DNA of 58,151 nucleotides from Xanthobacteraceae bacterium (GTDB lineage Bacteria; Pseudomonadota; Alphaproteobacteria; Rhizobiales; Xanthobacteraceae): NCBI GenBank assembly GCA_036272395.1, contig DATAYT010000216.1, positions 1 to 58,151 of the forward strand, read 5' to 3'. Shown piece by piece: positions 9,239 to 17,352 of this stretch (position 1 is its first letter; each line of letters starts with the position of its first letter). The notes under the pieces were generated by a model. It saw only the letters and a program-made list of their open reading frames with translations, ran no database searches and was not told where the DNA came from. The position numbers and the translations under genes were made by a program.

Positions 9239-9450
9239 CAAAACTCGAACCCTCCTAACGAATAACAGAAGGAATTGCCGCACCAGGCTCCAAAGTTAAT
9301 CCAGTTAAGGTCTGTCGGATCAGGTCCGGAGGATTTCGAGACCGTCAGAGAGCCCGAAGGTGGAGGCGATAGAGATCCCCGTGTCCCGCCGGCGACGTAA
9401 TCGGTTTCTTCGTCGGTAAGACCGCGCGCCGCTTCCATCCAGGTTGTCAT
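9238..9450 (-). CDS. Double-glycine-leader peptide P2 (microcin/bacteriocin- or RiPP-precursor-like)
   Basis: MTTWMEAARGLTDEETDYVAGG|TRGSLSPPPSGSLTVSKSSGPDPTDLNWINFGAWCGNSFCYSLGGFEF. GAGGGGAG SD lies 7 nt before ATG 9450. The longer ORF-track start at 9531 lies inside the upstream palindrome and lacks an SD. Confidence 0.65.
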   Translation of the reverse strand: MTTWMEAARGLTDEETDYVAGGTRGSLSPPPSGSLTVSKSSGPDPTDLNWINFGAWCGNSFCYSLGGFEF

Positions 9451-9517
9451 GAAAATTCTCCCCTCTTCTGAGGGTCGAATCGTAACTGCTTGGCCGCTAA
9501 ATGCTAATGCCTCAAAA

Positions 9518-9530
9518 TGAGAAATTCTCA
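9518..9530. promoter_or_regulatory. Perfect 6-1-6 palindrome TGAGAAATTCTCA upstream of P2 (candidate operator/promoter element)
   Basis: Read directly from the sequence. It lies about 70 nt upstream of the P2 start and just downstream of the pckA stop. It is conserved in degenerate form upstream of P1. Confidence 0.35.
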
Positions 9531-9547
9531 ACTATCCAGGCCGATTT

Positions 9548-11161
9548 TTACTCCGCTGCCAGCCGCACCTCCGGCGCGGCGTCGCGCACCTCGGCGTCGA
9601 CGTGCTTCTCGTATTTGGTGAAATTGTTCTGGAACATGCCGACGAGCTTGCGCGCGGTGGCGTCGAATCCGGCTTTGTCCTTCCAGGTCTTCATCGGGTA
9701 GAGCAGATGCGGCTCGACGCCCGGCACCGATGTCGGCACCGCGAAGCCGAAATACGGATCGGTGCGGTAGCTCGCATTTTTCAGTGAGCCGTCAAGCGCG
9801 CCAGTCACGAGCGCCCGTGTCGCCTTGATCGGCATGCGCCGGCCGACGCCGTAAATGCCGCCGGTCCAGCCGGAATTGACCAGCCAGCAATCGACGTCGT
9901 GCTTCTTGATCATGTCGCGCAACAGGTTGCCGTATTCGGCGGGCGGCCGCGGCAAGAATGGCGCGGCAAAGCAGGTCGAGAATTCCGGCTCGACGCCCAC
10001 CAAGCCTTTTTCCGTGCCGGCGACCTTGGCGGTGTAACCGGAAAGGAAATGGTACATCGCCTGCGCCGGAGTGAGCTTGGCGATCGGAGGCATCACACCG
10101 AACGCGTCGGCAGTCAAAAAGATGATGTTCTTCGGTTGTCCCGCGCAGCCGCTGCGCGAGGCAAGCGGCATGAATTCGATCGGATAGGCGGAACGGGTAT
10201 TTTCAGTTCGCTTGTCGCTCTCGAAATCACAGACGCGGGTGTCCGAATCGAAAATGACATTTTCCAGCACCGCGCCGAAGCGGTTGGTCGCTGCGTAAAT
10301 CTCCGGCTCGGCTTCATCGGATAGATTGATGCATTTGGCGTAGCAGCCGCCTTCGAAATTGAAGACACCCTCCTCGCTCCAGCCATGCTCGTCGTCGCCG
10401 ATTAGCGTGCGGTTCGGATCGGCCGACAGCGTCGTCTTGCCGGTACCCGACAGACCGAAAAACAGGGCCACATCGCCGACTTTGCCGACATTGGCCGAAC
10501 AGTGCATCGGCATCACGCCTTGCGCCGGCAGATAGAAGTTGAGCGTGGTAAACACCGATTTTTTCATCTCGCCGGCATAGGACGAGTTGCCGATCAGGAT
10601 GATTTTCTTGGTGAAGTCGATGGCGATGACCGTATCGCTGCGCACGCCGTGGCGCGTCGGGTCGGCCTTAAAGCTTGGCAAATCGACGATGGTCAGGTCC
10701 GGAACGAAGTCGGCCAGTTCGAAAATATTGGGTCGGATCAGCAATTGGCGAATGAACAAAGAATGCCAGGCAAGCTCGGTGAAGACGCGCGTTCTTATCC
10801 GGTATTTCGCATTGGCGCCGCCATAGAGGTCCTGCGCGTATAAGGTCTTGCCGCGCGCATGCGCGATCATGTCGTCGTAGAGCAGCTGGAAATTGGCCTG
10901 GCTGAGTTTCCGGTTGCCGCCCCACCACACCGTGTGTTCGGTAAGCGCGTCGACGACAACGTGTTTGTCCTTGGGGCTGCGACCGGTATGCACGCCAGTC
11001 TCGGCGCAGAAGGCGCCGCCCTGCACGAGCGCGCCTTCGCCATTTCTGATCGCGTGTTCCACCAAAACGGTGTCAGGCAAATTCCAATGAACGCCGGCGA
11101 GATTCTTGAAACCGAACTTATCTGCGCCGTGCCCGGCGTTCCTCACACCCGTTTCCACCAC
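9548..11161 (-). CDS. pckA: Phosphoenolpyruvate carboxykinase (ATP)
   Basis: 537 aa, with the kinase-1a motif [11 protein letters not shown] and full-length similarity to ATP-dependent PckA. Confidence 0.97.
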   Translation of the reverse strand: MVETGVRNAGHGADKFGFKNLAGVHWNLPDTVLVEHAIRNGEGALVQGGAFCAETGVHTGRSPKDKHVVVDALTEHTVWWGGNRKLSQANFQLLYDDMIAHARGKTLYAQDLYGGANAKYRIRTRVFTELAWHSLFIRQLLIRPNIFELADFVPDLTIVDLPSFKADPTRHGVRSDTVIAIDFTKKIILIGNSSYAGEMKKSVFTTLNFYLPAQGVMPMHCSANVGKVGDVALFFGLSGTGKTTLSADPNRTLIGDDEHGWSEEGVFNFEGGCYAKCINLSDEAEPEIYAATNRFGAVLENVIFDSDTRVCDFESDKRTENTRSAYPIEFMPLASRSGCAGQPKNIIFLTADAFGVMPPIAKLTPAQAMYHFLSGYTAKVAGTEKGLVGVEPEFSTCFAAPFLPRPPAEYGNLLRDMIKKHDVDCWLVNSGWTGGIYGVGRRMPIKATRALVTGALDGSLKNASYRTDPYFGFAVPTSVPGVEPHLLYPMKTWKDKAGFDATARKLVGMFQNNFTKYEKHVDAEVRDAAPEVRLAAE

Positions 11162-11439
11162 CTTAAGCCTCCGCTTTGGCCGCTTGGCGCGGCTGCCTCC
11201 CGGCTATTGGTTCGCCGCGTGGATTGGCCGTTTCTTGTTCGCGTTTCTTCGTCATCATGGAGCCGCCCGAGCGGCGGCCCCGCCTACGCTCACCGGCCTC
11301 GGCGGCAAGCATTGCGACCCTATATCCAGCCGCCCTGCCGCTGCCAAGGCCGCTGCATCCGGAATGCCTAACCGGCTCACGGCTGGCGCGTTCCAACGCT
11401 GCAGTGCAGCGAGATCGATCGACGGAATATTCAGGCGAA

Positions 11440-12327
11440 TTATGAGTTGCCGCGCGTCCGTTTCGCCAAATCGGCCAAAACTTGGCGCAATTGCCCAGCG
11501 CCCGTGACGCGCTGTGGGAATTCCAGGCGCAGCACAGCATCGCCCCAGCCAAGGTCCAGTCCGTCCGGGTCAAGCGCGATCACCTGCCACGGTCCCGCTG
11601 AGGCGCCCAATAATTGTGTTGCGTAAAGCGCGACGGCGTCGGCGTGATCGTCATTCATGTGGGCGACGGCGCTCGCTTCGATTTCGAGCAGATCGCCGGC
11701 GCCGGAAATATCGGTCATGACATCGGCCGCCGTGAGATCGGCGGCGCGGGCGAAGCCAGCATTGAGGTGCGCGGATTCAACAGTCATGCGCCAGAGCGCA
11801 AAATCGGCAAAGCCGGCATAGAGCTCGGCCTTTGGATGCCGCGCCAGAAAACGCCTGCGCAAGCGCGCTTCGTCAGCCGCGTCACGCGCAATCTTTGCAA
11901 ACCTGCCAAGCACGGTCAGCCGCGGATGCGCGAGCGGATCGCCCTTGCCGGCGGTGGCGAGCAGCACAGACGCGCGACTGTCCGTTTCAAGATTGGCGGT
12001 ATGGCTGGAAAGCCGGGATATCAAGATCAACGGCGACCCATCGCTGTCGGTTGCGACATTGACGAGCGAGCCGAACGGATGTCCTGTATTGCGGTCGATC
12101 GTCGCGAGCGCGCCGGCGCGGATCGACCGCAGTAATTTCTTCGCCGCCGCTTTGGCGTCAAAGTCCGGCGTCGGAGCGGTCTCCGGCAGCCGGTCCGGCA
12201 TGACGCCCGGCAGCGGGCGATCCGGATCTGAGCGGTTTGCTCCTTCAAGGCGGCTGGATTCGACCATGGGGGCATTGCTGGGCACGTTTTTTGGGGCGCT
12301 ATTCGGGGCTTTATCGGAGAGCGTCAT
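11440..12327 (-). CDS. HugZ-family protein (pyridoxamine 5-phosphate oxidase-like split barrel plus DUF2470)
   Basis: GALATIDRNTGHPFGSLVNVATDSDGSPLILISRLSSHTANL core, and a C-terminal AVAHMNDDHADAV DUF2470-type motif. Confidence 0.75.
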   Translation of the reverse strand: MTLSDKAPNSAPKNVPSNAPMVESSRLEGANRSDPDRPLPGVMPDRLPETAPTPDFDAKAAAKKLLRSIRAGALATIDRNTGHPFGSLVNVATDSDGSPLILISRLSSHTANLETDSRASVLLATAGKGDPLAHPRLTVLGRFAKIARDAADEARLRRRFLARHPKAELYAGFADFALWRMTVESAHLNAGFARAADLTAADVMTDISGAGDLLEIEASAVAHMNDDHADAVALYATQLLGASAGPWQVIALDPDGLDLGWGDAVLRLEFPQRVTGAGQLRQVLADLAKRTRGNS

Positions 12328-12511
12328 GCCCGGTTCCCGTCGGTTCCCATTTAGAGGCTCTTAAAGCCTGCGGGGTAGTGTGAGCCACTGGAATTGCCCC
12401 GATTTTGCCTTGTCTGGTCACACTTCCGCCCCCACATGGGGATTCAAAGGCTTATGGGGCCGGGCTGATGATGCTGCGGCCGACTCATGTCAATCATGTT
12501 AGAAGGCCGCC

Positions 12512-13207
12512 ATGCCGACAATCGCTCTCGTCGACGACGACCGCAATATCCTCACCTCGGTTTCAATCGCGCTCGAAGCCGAAGGCTACCGGATCACCAC
12601 CTATACCGACGGCGCTTCGGCGCTCGACGGTTTTAAGACCGCGCCGCCCGATCTCGCCATTCTCGATATCAAGATGCCGCGTATGGACGGCATGGAGACG
12701 TTACGCCGGCTGCGCCAGAAATCCGATCTGCCGGTGATCTTTCTGACGTCGAAGGACGAGGAGATCGACGAACTGTTCGGGTTGAAAATGGGCGCGGACG
12801 ATTTCATCCGCAAACCATTTTCGCAGCGCCTTTTGGTCGAGCGTGTCAAAGCGGTGCTGCGCCGCGCCTCGCCCAAAGACGGCAGCATACCGAAGGAGGC
12901 GGACAGCAAGGTGCTCGAGCGCGGGCTGCTGCGCATGGATCCGGAGCGCCACACCTGCACCTGGAAAAACGAGCCAGTGACGCTCACCGTAACCGAGTTT
13001 CTGATCCTGCAAGCTCTGGCGAGCCGCCCCGGCGTGGTGAAAAGCCGCAATGCCTTGATGGATGCGGCCTATGATGATCAGGTCTATGTGGACGACCGCA
13101 CCATCGATAGTCACATCAAGCGGCTGCGCAAGAAGTTCAAAGCCAGCGACGGCGACTTCGATATGATCGAAACGCTGTACGGTGTTGGATATCGCTTTAA
13201 GGAATAG
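12512..13207 (+). CDS. chvI: OmpR-family response regulator ChvI
   Basis: Receiver domain (VDDDRNIL...[11 protein letters not shown]) plus a winged-helix domain (YGVGYRF). The conserved position beside chvG/hprK and near pckA is typical of Rhizobiales. Confidence 0.9.
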   Translation: MPTIALVDDDRNILTSVSIALEAEGYRITTYTDGASALDGFKTAPPDLAILDIKMPRMDGMETLRRLRQKSDLPVIFLTSKDEEIDELFGLKMGADDFIRKPFSQRLLVERVKAVLRRASPKDGSIPKEADSKVLERGLLRMDPERHTCTWKNEPVTLTVTEFLILQALASRPGVVKSRNALMDAAYDDQVYVDDRTIDSHIKRLRKKFKASDGDFDMIETLYGVGYRFKE

Positions 13208-13460
13208 GCGCGAGCGCATGATTCGGGAACGCCGGCTGGCGTTTCGAAGCGGGTCACACGCGATAGAGATGGGAGCCTCCGCAGCCGAGTAACAGGCGCC
13301 ATACCGGCCTGGCTGCGGCTAAAAGCGTAAGCGCAAATAGGGCTCCTGACTGGGCGGCTGACGTGCGGTAGTAATGGCGTCCGGCCACCCGCTCGTCTTT
13401 CTCCGCGACGGCCAGCGGTGAGGGGCAGGCGGAAGGCCGATCGAAACCCCGGCAGACGAC

Positions 13461-15281
13461 GTGCTCGATCGAACCGCAGACGCAGAAACATCGGCGGCAA
13501 GTGCCGTCGAGAACCAGAACGAGAGCCAGAGCGCTGGCATCGTCGAGGCGACGGCGCGCCACGGCGCCGGTATCGGCGCTTGGCTGGCGCGCGGCTGGCA
13601 GTTCTTTATCACCCAGAGCTCGTCGAGCCTCACCCGACGGATCGTCGTTCTTAACATCACCGGCCTGGTTGCGCTTTCGATCGGCATTATTGTGCTGTCG
13701 CAATTTCGCGCCGGGCTGATCGACGCCCGCATCCAGAGCCTGTTGGTGCAGGGCGAGATCATTGCCGGCGCGATCGCGTCGTCGGCGACCGTGGAAACCG
13801 ATTCATCGATCACGCTCGATCCCGACAAGCTTCTCAATTTGCATCCGGGCGAAAGCTACGGTCCGAACGAGGACGCGCTGTACGGCCTCGATTTTCCGAT
13901 TAATCCCGAGCGCGTCGGGCCGATCCTGCGGCGGCTGGTTTCGCCGACCAAGACGCGTGCGCGCATCTACGATCGCGACGGCGTGCTGCTGGTGGACAGC
14001 CGCAACCTGTTCGGCCGCGGCGATATCTTGCGTTACGATCTGCCGCCGCCGAGCGCCGAAAAGCCCGGCTTCTTCGAGCGCGCTTTCATCGCGCTGCGGA
14101 TGTGGCTCGGACGCGGCGATCTTCCGCTGTATCACGAGCTCGGCCCGGACGACGGCAAAGACTACGGCGAGGTGGCGCGTGCGCTGGACGGGCAAAAAGC
14201 CAGCATGGTGCGCATCAACGAACGCGGTGATGTGATCGTCTCAGTCGCGGTGCCGGTGCAGCGCTTTCGCGCCGTGCGCGGCGCGCTGATGCTCTCGACC
14301 CAAGGCGCCGACATCGACGACATGGTCGAAGCCGAACGGCTTGCCATTCTCAAAGTGTTCCTGATCGCCGCGGCGGTTATGATCGTACTGTCGATCCTGT
14401 TGGCCGGCACCATCGCCGAGCCGGTCCGGCGTCTCGCCGACGCCGCCGAACGGGTGCGCCACCGCATCCGTTCGCGCGTGGAGATTCCCGATTTTACCCG
14501 CCGCCGCGACGAGATCGGCCATCTGTCGGGCACGCTGCGCGACATGACTGATGCGCTCTACAGCCGGATCGAAGGCATCGAAAGCTTTGCTGCGGATGTG
14601 GCGCATGAGCTCAAAAACCCGCTCACCTCATTGCGTTCGGCAGTCGAGACTTTGCCGCTCGCCAAGAGCGACGAAAGCCGCACTCGCCTGCTCACCATCA
14701 TTCAACACGACGTCAAACGGCTCGACCGCTTGATCTCGGATATTTCTGATGCGAGCCGGCTCGACGCCGAGCTGCAGCGCCAGGACACGGCGCCGGTCGA
14801 CTTCGCCAAGCTATTGAGCACGCTGGTCGCGGTAGCAAACGAAGTGAAGCGCGAGGATTGCGTCAAAGTCACTTTGCGGTTCGAAGGCGGCGCTGGGCGC
14901 GGCTTCCAGGTCCCCGGCCATGACTCGCGTCTGGGTCAGATCATCGACAACCTGATCGAGAACGCGCGTTCGTTCTCACCGGCCGGTGGAACGGTTCGCG
15001 TCACCTGCCTGCGCTCACGCCAGCACGTCGAGATTTTGGTCGACGATGACGGACCCGGCGTGCGGCCCGAGGTGCGCGAGAAAATTTTCGAGCGGTTTTA
15101 CACCGATCGGCCACATCAGGGATTCGGCCAAAATTCAGGTCTCGGACTGTCGATCTCGAAACAGATCGTGGAAGCCCATGGCGGTTCGATCACTGTCGAG
15201 AATCGCACCGGTCCTGTAGGCGTGGACGGCGAACCGCGCGTGCTCGGCGCGCGCTTTACCGTCCGGCTCCCGGCGCTCTAA
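13461..15281 (+). CDS. chvG: Sensor histidine kinase ChvG (ExoS-like)
   Basis: GTG start, two TM segments, HAMP domain, H-box FAADVAHELKNPLTSL, and HATPase G-boxes. The stop overlaps the hprK ATG (TAATG). Confidence 0.9.
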   Translation: MLDRTADAETSAASAVENQNESQSAGIVEATARHGAGIGAWLARGWQFFITQSSSSLTRRIVVLNITGLVALSIGIIVLSQFRAGLIDARIQSLLVQGEIIAGAIASSATVETDSSITLDPDKLLNLHPGESYGPNEDALYGLDFPINPERVGPILRRLVSPTKTRARIYDRDGVLLVDSRNLFGRGDILRYDLPPPSAEKPGFFERAFIALRMWLGRGDLPLYHELGPDDGKDYGEVARALDGQKASMVRINERGDVIVSVAVPVQRFRAVRGALMLSTQGADIDDMVEAERLAILKVFLIAAAVMIVLSILLAGTIAEPVRRLADAAERVRHRIRSRVEIPDFTRRRDEIGHLSGTLRDMTDALYSRIEGIESFAADVAHELKNPLTSLRSAVETLPLAKSDESRTRLLTIIQHDVKRLDRLISDISDASRLDAELQRQDTAPVDFAKLLSTLVAVANEVKREDCVKVTLRFEGGAGRGFQVPGHDSRLGQIIDNLIENARSFSPAGGTVRVTCLRSRQHVEILVDDDGPGVRPEVREKIFERFYTDRPHQGFGQNSGLGLSISKQIVEAHGGSITVENRTGPVGVDGEPRVLGARFTVRLPAL

Positions 15282-15727
15282 TGGCAATTCCTGGCGGCGC
15301 GACCGTGCACGCTTCGGCGGTGCTGGTCGGTGCGCGCGCGGTCTTGATCCGCGGCCCGTCCGGGTCCGGCAAATCTCGGCTGGCATGGGAACTGATCGAC
15401 GCCGCGCGCGGCGGTGCTGTCGCTTTCGCGCGACTCGTCGGCGACGATCGCGTCCATCTTCAGGCGGCCGGCGGCCGGCTTTTAGTACGGCCAAACGACG
15501 CGCTTGCCGGGCTGATCGAACTTCGCGGCGTCGGCATTGTGCGGCGCGATCATGAGGCCTGCGCGGTCGTCGGCCTTGTCGTCGATCTCGCCGCCACGGA
15601 CGCCGAGCGCCTGCCCGAATGCGGCGAAACCACTGTGGAAGGAATACCTATCCCGCGTCTCGCCGTCGCACCGGCGGTCGGAGCCTTGCCCCTGGTCTTG
15701 GCCGTAATCACTTCATGCCGGCTGTGA
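15281..15727 (+). CDS. hprK: Truncated HPr kinase/phosphorylase (C-terminal domain only, alphaproteobacterial type)
   Basis: 148 aa with the P-loop GPSGSGKS. The short form without the N-terminal domain is the established alphaproteobacterial arrangement downstream of chvG. Confidence 0.85.
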   Translation: MAIPGGATVHASAVLVGARAVLIRGPSGSGKSRLAWELIDAARGGAVAFARLVGDDRVHLQAAGGRLLVRPNDALAGLIELRGVGIVRRDHEACAVVGLVVDLAATDAERLPECGETTVEGIPIPRLAVAPAVGALPLVLAVITSCRL

Positions 15728-16020
15728 TGTCTCAAAGGCGACTTAAGGCATGGCTTGGGAGAGGCGGCACGAAGCCGGGTTTGCAATTGATTAACCATAA
15801 TGTTCCAAGACAGGGTTCCAAAACTCGGCGCCGCGCTCATCCTTGACGCGCGAGCGATTCTGGCCGTTTTGGCCGGATGCCCTGACGGCGGAACCCGCTC
15901 GTTGCCGCGATGCAACATCCCCCGCAGCTTGCCAAGAATGCCCCTTGCGCCGGGGCTTTAGATGGTCATGATGAGCACCCTTTCGTGCGGCGCAACCGGG
16001 GCGCGCCCGCGGGGAGTTCC

Positions 16021-16422
16021 ATGATTGGTCTTGTGCTGGTCACCCACGGGCGGCTTGCTGTCGAGTTCCGCGCCGCGTTGGAGCACGTTGTCGGCCCACA
16101 GGGCCAAATTGAAGCCATAACCATCGGCCCCGACGACGACGTCGAGGAGCGCCGTAAGGACATTATTGAAGCGGTGCGGCGGGTCGACAGCGGTGATGGC
16201 GTCGCCATCCTGACCGACATGTTTGGCGGCACCCCATCGAACTTGGCGATTTCGGTCATGAGCCGGCCCAAGGTCGAGGTGCTGGCCGGGATCAATCTTC
16301 CGATGCTGGTGAAGCTCGCCAAGGTCCGCGACGAGTGCCCGCTCGCCGAAGCGGTTGCCGCCGCGCAGGAAGCCGGGCGTAAATACGTCACCATCGCCAG
16401 CCGCGTGCTGACCGGCAAATGA
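16021..16422 (+). CDS. PTS EIIA component, mannose family (EIIA-Man/ManX-like)
   Basis: MIGLVLVTHG active-site His region. I chose ATG 16021 over the longer ORF-track start at 15910. Confidence 0.85.
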   Translation: MIGLVLVTHGRLAVEFRAALEHVVGPQGQIEAITIGPDDDVEERRKDIIEAVRRVDSGDGVAILTDMFGGTPSNLAISVMSRPKVEVLAGINLPMLVKLAKVRDECPLAEAVAAAQEAGRKYVTIASRVLTGK

Positions 16423-16745
16423 ACGCCACCGGGCAAAGCAGCGCCCGCATGCCGGAGGCGCAAGCCACCGAGGATGCCGTGGTTCGCGCTCTCGTTATTC
16501 GCAACAAAAAAGGCCTGCACGCCCGCGCCTCGGCCAAATTTGTACAGACAGTGGAAAAATTCGACGCTGATGTGCGGGTGACGCGCGGCCACGAAACCGT
16601 CGGCGGCACCTCGATCATGGGGCTGATGATGCTCGCCGCGGCGCCAGGAACGTCGATCACGATTAGCGCGACCGGACCGCAAGCCGCTGCCGTCGTTGAT
16701 GCCTTGGAGGCGCTGATCACCTCGCGCTTCGGCGAAGCTGATTGA
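16419..16745 (+). CDS. ptsH: HPr-family phosphocarrier protein
   Basis: KKGLHARASAKFV (His-15 region) and GTSIMGLMML (Ser-46 region). ATGA overlap with the EIIA gene. Confidence 0.85.
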   Translation: MNATGQSSARMPEAQATEDAVVRALVIRNKKGLHARASAKFVQTVEKFDADVRVTRGHETVGGTSIMGLMMLAAAPGTSITISATGPQAAAVVDALEALITSRFGEAD

Positions 16746-16756
16746 TCGCGGATTTT

Positions 16757-16863
16757 TTGCGCATGATCTTGACCGAAAACCGGTACCCACTTTTCGGGAT
16801 CATGCTTGTTTCTTGCGCATGATCTTGACCGAAAACCGGTATCCACTTTTCGGGATCATGCTT
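16757..16863. repeat. Two tandem copies of a 51-nt palindromic REP/MITE-like element (family A)
   Basis: Copies at 16757-16807 and 16813-16863 differ at one base. Structure: GCATGATC-TTGA-CCGAAAA-loop-TTTTCGG-GATCATGC. A third, inverted copy is at 36782-36832. Confidence 0.85.
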
Positions 16864-16979
16864 TAGGATCGGCTGCGCATGGCGAACACCAAAGCCAGAG
16901 CCAAGGCAAAAGCCAATGCCAAGACCAAAACTAAAGTCAGCGCGTCGCGAGCAAATAGCCCCCCAACAGGAGAAAGCCA

Positions 16980-17330
16980 ATGAGCCCCGAACCGACCACG
17001 AAAGGCAGTGCCTCCAATCCTGCCCCGGCCGCCGCGGGCGGTTCGCCTGAGCGCGCAGCAGCGAGCGTTCGCTACGTCGACCGCGCCGATATGGTCGAGA
17101 CTTTTGCCGATTCCGTCACCGGTTTGATCTTCGATGGTCAGACCTTGCGGATCGAGTTTGGCGTCACCCGTTTCGACGACGTCAAGCCCAATGCGCCGAT
17201 CACCGGCCGCCGCTATCCGGCCTGCCGCTTGGTGTTGCCGCCGATCGCGGCCGTCGATCTCATCAATCGCATGCAGCAAATCGCGGCGGCGCTGACGCAA
17301 GCCGGCGTGGTACCGCCGAAGGGCGGCTGA
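16980..17330 (+). CDS. Conserved hypothetical protein
   Basis: AGGAGA SD lies 7 nt before the ATG. The composition is protein-like (VRYVDRADMVETFADSVTGLIFDGQTLRIEFGVTRFDDVKPNAPITGRRYPACRLVLPP). Confidence 0.6.
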   Translation: MSPEPTTKGSASNPAPAAAGGSPERAAASVRYVDRADMVETFADSVTGLIFDGQTLRIEFGVTRFDDVKPNAPITGRRYPACRLVLPPIAAVDLINRMQQIAAALTQAGVVPPKGG

Positions 17331-17352
17331 CCGGCGTCCGAACTATCGCTCG

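Noticed and set aside
9451-9531. 27-codon N-terminal extension of P2 (ORF-track start at 9531)
   Set aside because: No SD. The ATG lies within or next to the upstream palindrome and conserved promoter block. The P1/P2 alignment and the shared SD support ATG 9450.
16757-16863. Possible CRISPR array
   Set aside because: There are only two repeat copies, separated by 5 nt. The repeats are internally palindromic REP-like units, with a dispersed inverted copy elsewhere. No cas genes are present.
16388-16980. Minus-strand ORFs 16388-16846 and 16717-16980 containing HDPEKW(I/V)PVFGQDHAQ
   Set aside because: These are translation artefacts of the family-A palindromic repeats. They also overlap the ptsH coding region in antisense.
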